Shown here in pieces: positions 32,272 through 39,344 of a DNA stretch of 64,000 nucleotides; the stretch's first letter is position 1; each line of letters starts with the position of its first letter. This DNA comes from an uncultured Clostridia bacterium (lineage in GTDB: Bacteria; Bacillota; Clostridia; Christensenellales; UBA1242): contig CAKVHE010000001.1 in NCBI GenBank assembly GCA_934747885.1, forward strand, positions 5,424 through 69,423, in the 5' to 3' direction. Below the pieces are notes generated by a model. It was not told the origin of the DNA and did not search any database. It saw only the letters and a list, made by a program, of their open reading frames with translations. The translations under genes and the position numbers were made by a program.

Positions 32272-33129
32272 CTATTTTGCTATTTCTTTTGTTTTTGCCG
32301 ATTTTATTACGGCTTTTATTTTTGCCAAATTGTCTTCAATTATTTTTTCGCCATAAGCAATAGACTTGTCTATGTTTTTAATTCTTATGGCGCTGACTTC
32401 CGGCTGATACATCTGCAAAAGTAAGTCGGCACGCTTCATTTCTTCAATTGATGCGCCGTAATCAAGCAAGTTAAATACGCGCGTTACGGTGTCAAAGTAG
32501 GAAGATAATTCGTTTTCTTTAAGTGGGTAGTTTTTGCCAACACAATCTACAGCAATAACCACATCCGCACCCATCTTGCGAGCAAGGTCCACCGGCACAC
32601 GCGCTAACACGCCACCGTCTACCAAATGTTTGTCGTTTATTTCTACCGGCTGAAACACCCCGCCAATTGAAAAACTAGCCCGCACCGCCGGCAAAATTTC
32701 GCCACTTGTTAGCCAAACCGGTTCCCCTTTGTACAAATCGGTGCAAGCACACGCAAATGGCACTTTGCAATCTTTAAAGGTCGGTGGCACTTCGGTTTTT
32801 AATAATTTTTTAATAACGCGTTCAGCCTTGTCGCCCTTAACAAACCCGTATTTGTTTGGAAGTTTTACATCTAGCACCTCACTGCGTGATAGTTGTTTGG
32901 CGCGCTTTTCTAGTTCATCTAACGGAACCCCAAGGGCATAACACGCACCAACAATGGCACCCATTGAACAGCCGACCAGCAAATCAAACTTTATTTTGTG
33001 TTTTTCTAGCGCGCGCAAAACACCAATATGTGCAAGTCCCTTGGCTCCTCCCGCCCCCAAAACCAATGCAACTTTTGGTTTTTTCATATTTTTGGTAGTT
33101 TCTTTCATATCCTTTATTATGCTCCCCAC
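32272..33129 (-). CDS. patatin-like phospholipase (YlbK-like)
   Basis: GxGxxG (LGAGGAKG), GxSxG (GCSMG) and the DGG catalytic Asp motif. Confidence 0.9.
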   Translation of the reverse strand: MGSIIKDMKETTKNMKKPKVALVLGAGGAKGLAHIGVLRALEKHKIKFDLLVGCSMGAIVGACYALGVPLDELEKRAKQLSRSEVLDVKLPNKYGFVKGDKAERVIKKLLKTEVPPTFKDCKVPFACACTDLYKGEPVWLTSGEILPAVRASFSIGGVFQPVEINDKHLVDGGVLARVPVDLARKMGADVVIAVDCVGKNYPLKENELSSYFDTVTRVFNLLDYGASIEEMKRADLLLQMYQPEVSAIRIKNIDKSIAYGEKIIEDNLAKIKAVIKSAKTKEIAK

Positions 33130-33202
33130 AAAAACTTCTATTTATAATATATCAAATGTTAAAAAAAATAGCAAACAACTAAGCGACAAATTGGCGCAAA
33201 TT

Positions 33203-34165
33203 ATGTATTATTTTTTTTCTTTAGTTATTTTTGGCATAATTGTGCTTTTAATTTCAAACCCAACCAAATATATGTCCAGCGTAAACAAAGGCATTAGCAT
33301 CTTTTTTTGTTCGGTTTTGCCGTCGCTGTTGCCCTTTGTGTTTTTGTCAAAACTATTAACCGACCTTGGGTTTGTTAGCAAACTATCAAAAATTTTTGAA
33401 AAACCAATAAAAAAACTCTTTGGTTTGCCGCCAATTAGTGCCTACGTGTTTTTGATGAGCATTTTGTGTGGCTACCCTATGGGCGCAAAAATTGTGGGCG
33501 ATTTGCACGAAAAGGGCGCCATAACTAGCGATGATGCCAAACATATTGTGGCGCTTTGTTCCACCTCGGGGCCAATATTTGTTATTGGTGTGGTTGGTTG
33601 CAGCATGCTAAAAAGTTACAAACTGGGCGCACTAATTTTTGCCGCGCACATTTTGTCGGCTATTTTTTGCGGACTGGTGTTTAGAAACTACAAGTATAAA
33701 CAAACTCAAAAGGTGCAAACTCCATCCACATCTGCCGAAAACTTGCTCGCAGGCGCCACCACTTCTACCATTTTTTCGGTGCTTACCGTTGCTATTTATG
33801 TTTCTATTTTTTATATGGTAATTGATATGGCATACGATATAAAAATTTTGGCGTTTGGCGCAAAAGCCTTTGAAAAGGTGCTTGCTTTGTTTGGCGTGCC
33901 AAGTGTTTTTTCAAGCGCAATGGCTTCGGGAACCATTGAAATGACGCGTGGGCTTTATGAACTGTCGCTTGTAAGCGGACTAGACACCTACAAACTTGCC
34001 CTCGCCAGCGGGGTGGTATCCTTTGGTGGGCTATCGGTAATACTCCAAAGCATCACCTTTTTGTCTAAAACAAAAACAAACGCCCTTTACCTTGTTTTGG
34101 TAAAGAGCGTACATATGGTTCTTTCTATTTTGCTTGCCGTTATTCTGGCTTGGATTTTTTATTAA
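33203..34165 (+). CDS. ylbJ: YlbJ-type integral membrane protein (nucleoside-recognition-domain family; annotated as a sporulation protein in Bacillus)
   Basis: Start taken at ATG 33203; the upstream ORF part is antisense to the patatin gene. Motifs FCSVLPSLLPF and ILCGYPMGAK; ylb synteny. Confidence 0.75.
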   Translation: MYYFFSLVIFGIIVLLISNPTKYMSSVNKGISIFFCSVLPSLLPFVFLSKLLTDLGFVSKLSKIFEKPIKKLFGLPPISAYVFLMSILCGYPMGAKIVGDLHEKGAITSDDAKHIVALCSTSGPIFVIGVVGCSMLKSYKLGALIFAAHILSAIFCGLVFRNYKYKQTQKVQTPSTSAENLLAGATTSTIFSVLTVAIYVSIFYMVIDMAYDIKILAFGAKAFEKVLALFGVPSVFSSAMASGTIEMTRGLYELSLVSGLDTYKLALASGVVSFGGLSVILQSITFLSKTKTNALYLVLVKSVHMVLSILLAVILAWIFY

Positions 34166-34619
34166 CATCCGGCAAAACTTTGGTAACCAATTCTTCGCGA
34201 TTGCTTTGAATAATGCGTAGGTGGTCTTTTAAATAATCTTCGATGTTTTTTAAAATTTTGTCTACATTTTCACGCGCGGTATCGTAAACGGCGTTGCAAT
34301 ATTTTTCTGCCTTTTGGCAATTTTCGGCAGCAATTTGCTCACTGCGTTTGGTAATCACACTGGTTGCAACTAGTTCATCTGCTGTTTGTTTGGCTTCGGC
34401 AATTATGCGTTCGGCTTCTTTTTGCGCATTTGCAATTACGCGGTCTTTTTGCGCAAGCAAATAACTCGCTTCTTGAATGGCCGGTGGCAAACCGCGCTTG
34501 ATGTCAAAAAGCAAATCTTCGCACTTTTTTATGTCTACCACACCCTTCTTGCTAAACAAAATACCTTTGGCAAGTGATAGTTCTGTTTCAAGTTGATTTA
34601 GTTTTTCTTGAATATCCAT
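34140..34619 (-). CDS. coiled-coil protein of unknown function (ATP-synthase b/H-like helices)
   Basis: 159 aa, almost entirely helical heptads (AQKEAERIIAEAKQTADELV). It occupies the slot where coaD sits in the Bacillus ylb block. Confidence 0.4.
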   Translation of the reverse strand: MDIQEKLNQLETELSLAKGILFSKKGVVDIKKCEDLLFDIKRGLPPAIQEASYLLAQKDRVIANAQKEAERIIAEAKQTADELVATSVITKRSEQIAAENCQKAEKYCNAVYDTARENVDKILKNIEDYLKDHLRIIQSNREELVTKVLPDVNKKSKPE

Positions 34620-34628
34620 TTGCTATTT

Positions 34629-35165
34629 TTACTTTAAAACAGCGATGTGCGCCGTTCCATAACTCCTAATTGTTTCTATTATACAACTTTTTTCTAGTTT
34701 CTGCAATAGTAATTTGTTATCGCTTTCACAAACAATTATTCCGCCACTTGCGAGCAAGTTTAAGCGCTTAATCATTTCTACCGCCGGAACCATAAAATTT
34801 TCGTGGTAAGGGGGGTCAATAAAAATAATATCAAACTGCACCTTTTTTTTGGCAAAATTTAGTAGCGCTGAGGCGTAATCGGTATTTAAAATTGTGTAAA
34901 GTGAACTATCTACCCCTTTTAGGTTTTGCAAAAGCGCGTTGCACGCCTTTTTGTCTTTTTCCACAAAATACGCACATAAAGCATCTTCGCTAATACATTC
35001 TATGCCAAGAGCGCCACTGCCTGCAAACAAATCTAAAACAGTTGCCCCCGCAATATGTTCACGAATAATTGAAAAAAGAGATATTTTTACGCGTTGCAAA
35101 GTTGGGCGCGCGCTATCGGGGCTAATAAGTTTTCTGCCCCTAAATTTTCCAGTTATAACTTGCAT
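34629..35165 (-). CDS. rsmD: 16S rRNA (guanine966-N2)-methyltransferase RsmD
   Basis: VI.G...G.K......RPT...VK..LF, DLFAGSGALG and the DPPY motif. Confidence 0.93.
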   Translation of the reverse strand: MQVITGKFRGRKLISPDSARPTLQRVKISLFSIIREHIAGATVLDLFAGSGALGIECISEDALCAYFVEKDKKACNALLQNLKGVDSSLYTILNTDYASALLNFAKKKVQFDIIFIDPPYHENFMVPAVEMIKRLNLLASGGIIVCESDNKLLLQKLEKSCIIETIRSYGTAHIAVLK

Positions 35166-35230
35166 ATTTTCTCCTTTTGTATTATAACATAATTAGCGTA
35201 AAAATCAATTGTTATTTTTAGGAGAAAAAT

Positions 35231-35833
35231 ATGTCACTAAAATCACTTTTTGCCCGCAAGCCGGAGCCAACCCCCACCCCTTACACCAAAATTGACAATG
35301 TTACCTACTATCTTATGACCTGCGAAGAACTAGACCAACACCCATCACTTATTAAAAAGATGGATCGACTTCTTCACTCACAAGGTATTGCAACTTATGA
35401 CGGATTTCTTTTTGGCGGATACCACGTAAACAAAAATACTATCAACATTATTGGCGTAAACGATCAAGACAAAGCTGTAAGTTACGGCGAAATTTATTCA
35501 AACACACAAAATAATATTAGCGAAATTTTGTGGATTGTTGCCTACAAAGCCAAAAAGAACGAGCCGGTTAACTTTAAAAATTTAAAGCCACTAATTGATC
35601 TATTGTTAGAAGGCGCACACCTTCACGGCATTGATACCTTGTATGCAAAACTTTATGACAAAAGTTGGGGACGCATAAAAGACCCTATTGCCCTAATAAA
35701 ACGTTATGGTATTCCTTGCTACTCTGCAAAAGGCGAACACAAAGACCTTGGTTGCGACTATGATTGCAAAATTGACGTTAAGGAATATTTTGCCAAAAAG
35801 GACGCCAGCCTTGACGGCGCCGAAAACGAGTAA
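35231..35833 (+). CDS. hypothetical protein
   Basis: 200-aa ORF with AGGAGA 8 nt upstream. No recognisable motifs. Confidence 0.5.
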   Translation: MSLKSLFARKPEPTPTPYTKIDNVTYYLMTCEELDQHPSLIKKMDRLLHSQGIATYDGFLFGGYHVNKNTINIIGVNDQDKAVSYGEIYSNTQNNISEILWIVAYKAKKNEPVNFKNLKPLIDLLLEGAHLHGIDTLYAKLYDKSWGRIKDPIALIKRYGIPCYSAKGEHKDLGCDYDCKIDVKEYFAKKDASLDGAENE

Positions 35834-35863
35834 ACTGCATTTAAACAAATAACAAAAATTTAC

Positions 35864-35892
35864 TTGACAATTATTAAAAAAAATGGTATTAT
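35864..35892 (+). promoter_or_regulatory. tRNA-Leu(UAG) promoter
   Basis: TTGACA-17 nt-TATTAT, about 30 nt upstream of the tRNA 5' end. Confidence 0.7.
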
Positions 35893-35922
35893 TTTTAAGT
35901 TGGAAAAATTTAATACCCTTTT

Positions 35923-36007
35923 GCGGGCATGGCGGAACTGGCAGACGCGCTAGACTTAGGATCTAGTATCGAGAGATGTGGGAGTTCAAATCTCTTTGCC
36001 CGCACCA
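35923..36007 (+). tRNA. tRNA-Leu (anticodon UAG), CCA encoded
   Basis: Acceptor GCGGGCA/TGCCCGC, anticodon stem CTAGA/TCTAG with loop CTTAGGA, long variable arm, T-loop GTTCAAATC, 3' ACCA. Confidence 0.93.
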
Positions 36008-36142
36008 AACAAAAAGAACCAAACAGACAAATTTGGTTCTTTTTGTTTGTACTCTTCTTTTTTATTTATTCGTTCTTCTTTTTTCTTTTACTTTTTGGTT
36101 CTTTTTGAAATAAAAAATAAAAAAGAAAAAATAAAAGTGAAT
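36004..36142 (+). repeat. tRNA-Leu trailer block, copy A (homolog of 51446-51584 on the opposite strand)
   Basis: Aligned by eye at roughly 75-80% identity with indels over ~135 nt. Contains a second copy of the terminator 3' arm (TTTTTGGTTCTTTTT, 36092-36106). Confidence 0.8.
36011..36048 (+). terminator. intrinsic terminator after tRNA-Leu(UAG)
   Basis: AAAAAGAACCAAA-cagacaaa-TTTGGTTCTTTTT, then GTTTG. Confidence 0.8.
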
Positions 36143-36146
36143 GGTG

Positions 36147-36164
36147 CCGACCGCGCGCGGTCGG
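36147..36164. repeat. perfect 18-nt GC-rich palindrome
   Basis: CCGACCGCG|CGCGGTCGG embedded in an AT-rich spacer. Function unknown. Confidence 0.6.
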
Positions 36165-36299
36165 AAAATTAAAACAAAAAGCGGTTTATTTGCCAGCAAT
36201 TAAGTTCCTAGTCTTTTTAGTGCTTACATAAATATACTATATAAAAAGATGTGTATCTTTATAGCGAAGCGGGAAAACTCTATTATAGTTCCCCCGAAG

Positions 36300-36424
36300 T
36301 CACCGCAAAAACGGAACTTGCTTCCGTTTTTCGTTTGGCGGTGAGCGGCGCGGAAACTGGACGATAAACGACGCTTTAATGTGACCACATTAAAGCAAGC
36401 CAAAAGTCCAAGTTGAAGCGCACA
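36300..36424. ncRNA. structured tandem unit 1 (unclassified candidate RNA element)
   Basis: Clamp TCACCGC/GCGGTGA enclosing AAAAACGGAA-cttgc-TTCCGTTTTT, then a long irregular hairpin ending in GCTTTAATGT-gacc-ACATTAAAGC. Confidence 0.55.
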
Positions 36425-36426
36425 AT

Positions 36427-36555
36427 TCGCGACAAAACAGCACCCCGAATGGAGTGCTGTTTTCGTTTGGTCGCGAGAAGCGCGGAGACTGGACGATAAG
36501 CGACGCTTTGATGCAATTGCATCAAAGCAAGCCACAAGGTCAAGTCGTAGCGCAC
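36427..36555. ncRNA. structured tandem unit 2 (unclassified candidate RNA element)
   Basis: Same architecture with compensated stems: TCGCGAC/GTCGCGA, AAAACAGCAC/GTGCTGTTTT, GCTTTGATGC-aatt-GCATCAAAGC. Loops match unit 1. Confidence 0.55.
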
Positions 36556-36558
36556 GCG

Positions 36559-37281
36559 CTAAAAGTCGCCGTTGTGATAAATTTCTTGAACGTCGTCTAG
36601 GTCTTCAAGACCGTCATAAAGTTTTTCTAGTCTTTCGCGTTGGTCATCGGTTGGAACAATATAGTTTGATGGAATATATTCCACATCTGCGCTAGCAATT
36701 TGTATGCCAGATTGAGCAATTGCATCACGCACAGCGTGCATATCACGCGCGGTGGTATAAATGATAAAGTTGTCGTCTTCGGTTTGTAGGTCGTCCGCAC
36801 CGGCGTCGATGGCAATTTCAAACATTTTTTCTTCGGTTAAGCCGTCAGTTGCTTCCACAACAATAACGCCTTTTTGCTCAAACATATACGAAACGCTACC
36901 CGAAGTGCCCAAACTGCCGCCAAACTTGTCAAACAAGTGTCTTACATCGCCAGCGGTACGGTTACGGTTGTCGGTTAAGCATTCCACCAAAAACGCAACG
37001 CCGCCTGGGCCATAGCCCTCGTAACTTACGCTATCAAAGTTGATGGCGTTAATTTCACCACTAGCCTTTTTGATGCTACGAGTGATGCTATCGTTTGGCA
37101 TATTGTTAGATTTTGCTTTTGCAATTACGTCTGCCAATTTGTTATTGGTTGACGGATCTGCGCCCCCTGCCTTTACTGCAACGGCAATTTCTCTACCAAT
37201 TTTGGTAAAAATTTTGCCACGTGCTGCGTCGGCTTTGTCCTTTGTTTTTTTGATGTTGTGAAATTTTGAATGTCCGCTCAT
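36559..37281 (-). CDS. yebC: YebC/PmpR-family transcriptional regulator
   Basis: Start taken at MSGHSKFHNIKKTKDK (37281) behind GGGAGGA. YebC signature across the full length. Confidence 0.93.
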   Translation of the reverse strand: MSGHSKFHNIKKTKDKADAARGKIFTKIGREIAVAVKAGGADPSTNNKLADVIAKAKSNNMPNDSITRSIKKASGEINAINFDSVSYEGYGPGGVAFLVECLTDNRNRTAGDVRHLFDKFGGSLGTSGSVSYMFEQKGVIVVEATDGLTEEKMFEIAIDAGADDLQTEDDNFIIYTTARDMHAVRDAIAQSGIQIASADVEYIPSNYIVPTDDQRERLEKLYDGLEDLDDVQEIYHNGDF

Positions 37282-37291
37282 AATTTCCTCC

Positions 37292-38047
37292 CTATTTATT
37301 AGATAGTACAAACATTAGTACGCTCGCCGAAACTCCGGCGTTTAAACTTTCAACCTTTTTGTCCATTGGAATGGCTATACTTTGATGTGGCACAGCTTTT
37401 AGTTCGGCACTTATGCCGTTGCCTTCGTTGCCCACCGCCAAACAAAATTTGGCAGGCACCTTTAAAGTTTTATCAAACACCGAAGTGCCAGACATCTCCG
37501 CGATAATTAGCGTGGTTCCGGTTTTGGCAAGATGTGCTTTTAGCGCTGCTATGTCGGTTTTGGCAAAGTTTGCGTTCCAAACGGTGCCACTACTAGCGCG
37601 TACGGTTTTGGCGTTAAACGGGTCTACGGTGTCTATTAAGGCAATATTATTTAGTCCGCTTGCCACGCCTGAACGAATTATGGTGCCAAGATTGCCTGGG
37701 TCTTGCAAGTGATCTAGCACCAAAAAGTTGCCCTTAAAGTCGTTTAAGTTGCTTTGGCTAATGGTAGCCAGTGCCAGCATACCTTGGCTGGTAACGGTAT
37801 CTGCTACAAAGGCAAAAACGTCGTCCGTTACCACTTTGGTTATGGCAAGTTCTGTTAGTTCCGGTTTTTGCGCGGCTTTGGTTTGGCTAAGCACAAGCGT
37901 GCTTACAAGCCCCTTGCGCTTTAAGGCTTCCTCAACCGTTTTTTCGGCTTCAATTACATACAAACCAAACTGCTCTCGATATTTTTTTACCGAGAGCGAG
38001 CGAATCTTCTTTATAAGATTGTTGGTTTTGCTAGAAATAATTTCCAT
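37292..38047 (-). CDS. TrmH/SpoU-family RNA 2'-O-methyltransferase (RlmB/YsgA-like)
   Basis: L.DP.N.G...R.......... and C-terminal ...G.E..G.........I.IPM.....SLN...A..V SpoU motifs. Confidence 0.85.
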   Translation of the reverse strand: MEIISSKTNNLIKKIRSLSVKKYREQFGLYVIEAEKTVEEALKRKGLVSTLVLSQTKAAQKPELTELAITKVVTDDVFAFVADTVTSQGMLALATISQSNLNDFKGNFLVLDHLQDPGNLGTIIRSGVASGLNNIALIDTVDPFNAKTVRASSGTVWNANFAKTDIAALKAHLAKTGTTLIIAEMSGTSVFDKTLKVPAKFCLAVGNEGNGISAELKAVPHQSIAIPMDKKVESLNAGVSASVLMFVLSNK

Positions 38048-38062
38048 AACTATTATTTACAA

Positions 38063-38416
38063 TTATTTGCTTTGTTGTTTTGCAGTTTCTACAAGTTTTG
38101 CAAAAGTTTCTTTGTCCGAAATTGCGATTTCGGCAAGAGATTTACGGTCAAGTTCGATACCGGCCTTTTTGATACCGTCCATAAACTTGCTGTAGCTCAT
38201 ACCATTGGCTCTGCAACCAGCGTTAATGCGGGCGATCCATAGGTTTCTAAATTCACGTTTTTTGTTCTTTCTGCCAACATATGCATATTGACCAGATTTC
38301 ATAACTTGTTCGCGAGCAACTCTAAATAGTTTGCTTTTTGAACCGCGGTAGCCTTTGGCTGCCTTGAATATTTTGATACGTTTTTTGTTTGCGTTTACGC
38401 CTCTTTTAATTCTCAT
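38063..38416 (-). CDS. rplT: 50S ribosomal protein L20
   Basis: [25 protein letters not shown] start and R.LWIARINA. Confidence 0.97.
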   Translation of the reverse strand: MRIKRGVNANKKRIKIFKAAKGYRGSKSKLFRVAREQVMKSGQYAYVGRKNKKREFRNLWIARINAGCRANGMSYSKFMDGIKKAGIELDRKSLAEIAISDKETFAKLVETAKQQSK

Positions 38417-38434
38417 TGTTTACGTCCTCCCCCA

Positions 38435-38635
38435 TTAGTTTTGCTTGCCGACCAATTTTTTAATGGTCTTTGCTTCGCCTTTAGCTACAAAGCCACCTTG
38501 ACGAAGTTTGCGAGTTCTTCCTGTTTCTTTTTTTGTTAAAATGTGTGCTTTGTTTTGTTTTGCACGTTTGATTTTGCCCGATGGCAAAACATTAAATCTC
38601 TTTTTTGCTGCACTATTTGATTTTTGTTTAGGCAT
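38435..38635 (-). CDS. rpmI: 50S ribosomal protein L35
   Basis: MPKQK..SAAKKRF......GKIKR...NK.H. Confidence 0.96.
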   Translation of the reverse strand: MPKQKSNSAAKKRFNVLPSGKIKRAKQNKAHILTKKETGRTRKLRQGGFVAKGEAKTIKKLVGKQN

Positions 38636-38652
38636 AATTTTTCTCCTTTATT

Positions 38653-39177
38653 TTACTTTTTCTTTTTTGGCGCAACTACAACTAGCGCATTTCGACCCTC
38701 AATTTTGGTTTCTTTTTCTTTCTCACCAAGTTCGGCAAGCATTCCACAAAATTGGTTTACAATTTCGATGGCGTGTGCTGAGTAGGCTTGTTGACGACCA
38801 CGCATACGCAAAACAACTTTTACCTTGTTGCCTTCGCTTAAAAAACGATTGGCGTGTTTGGCCTTGATTTCCATATCGTGCATTTCGATGGTCATTGACA
38901 ATTGAATTTCTTTGACTTCGGTGACTTTTTGGTTCTTTTTAAGTTCCTTAAGTTTTTTCATTTGGTCAAAGCGAAATTTGCCATAGTCCATTATGCGACA
39001 AACAGGCGGAACCGCGTTTGGCGAGATTTTTACTAGGTCGTAGCCTAGTTCTTCTGCCTTTTTGTTGGCTTCTGCCCCCGAAACAATGCCAAGTTGTTCA
39101 CCTTCTGGCCCAATTAAGCGAACCTCTTTGTCAGTGATTTTTTCATTGATTTGGGTTTCAATTTTGTTGTTTATAAT
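38653..39177 (-). CDS. infC: translation initiation factor IF-3, probable AUU (or AUA) start
   Basis: IN..I....VRLIG..GEQLGI onward is IF-3. The ORF opens at GTG 39189, but GGAGG (39187-39183) lies inside it. In-frame ATT at 39177 is 5 nt downstream of the SD. Confidence 0.9.
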   Translation of the reverse strand: MINNKIETQINEKITDKEVRLIGPEGEQLGIVSGAEANKKAEELGYDLVKISPNAVPPVCRIMDYGKFRFDQMKKLKELKKNQKVTEVKEIQLSMTIEMHDMEIKAKHANRFLSEGNKVKVVLRMRGRQQAYSAHAIEIVNQFCGMLAELGEKEKETKIEGRNALVVVAPKKKK

Positions 39178-39315
39178 TGTGTCCTCCACAAAAAAAATTG
39201 GTGGAACAAAGAAAGTTCCACCATATATACGTTTGATTAAACTATTTACGTATGTGCCAACAAAAATGTTTCATTCGGTTGGTGAGAGGTGGTCCTCTGC
39301 TTTTATTCTGCCGAA
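39178..39315 (-). promoter_or_regulatory. infC-rpmI-rplT leader with attenuator terminator (L20-leader type)
   Basis: ~130-nt leader ending in GGTGGAAC-tttcttt-GTTCCACC plus U8 (39222-39190), immediately before the infC SD. This is the position of the Firmicutes L20 autoregulatory leader. Confidence 0.6.
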
Positions 39316-39344
39316 ATTATACCACCCACCCATCACTTTGTCAA
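39316..39344 (-). promoter_or_regulatory. infC operon promoter
   Basis: Minus sense TTGACA-17 nt-TATAAT with a TGG extended -10. It overlaps the thrS stop. Confidence 0.75.

Noticed and set aside
35978-36172. 64-aa plus-strand ORF
   Set aside because: It begins inside tRNA-Leu and reads through the terminator and the low-complexity T/A-rich trailer. It has no SD and is implausible as a gene.
36224-36535. 103-aa minus-strand ORF with an internal repeat (ACFDAIASKRRLSSSLRA / ACFNVVTLKRRLSSSFRA)
   Set aside because: It starts at GTG without an SD and lies entirely within the tandem structured units. Differences between its two repeats are paired compensatory changes in stems rather than a codon-level conservation pattern, so the protein repeat simply mirrors the DNA repeat. 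Treated as noncoding.
36300-36555. Possible CRISPR array or type III toxI-like antitoxin repeats
   Set aside because: There are only two copies with a 127-nt period, no spacers, and no cas or toxN-like gene nearby. The units are diverged with compensated stems rather than being identical short repeats.
39270-39300. 12-nt perfect complementarity between the infC leader (GCAGAGGACCAC) and the rplS leader (GTGGTCCTCTGC, about 15753-15764)
   Set aside because: This is intriguing for two r-protein leaders. However, it is a single short match, and in the infC leader it is part of a local AGAGG-acca-CCTCT hairpin. Without conservation data I cannot separate it from chance.
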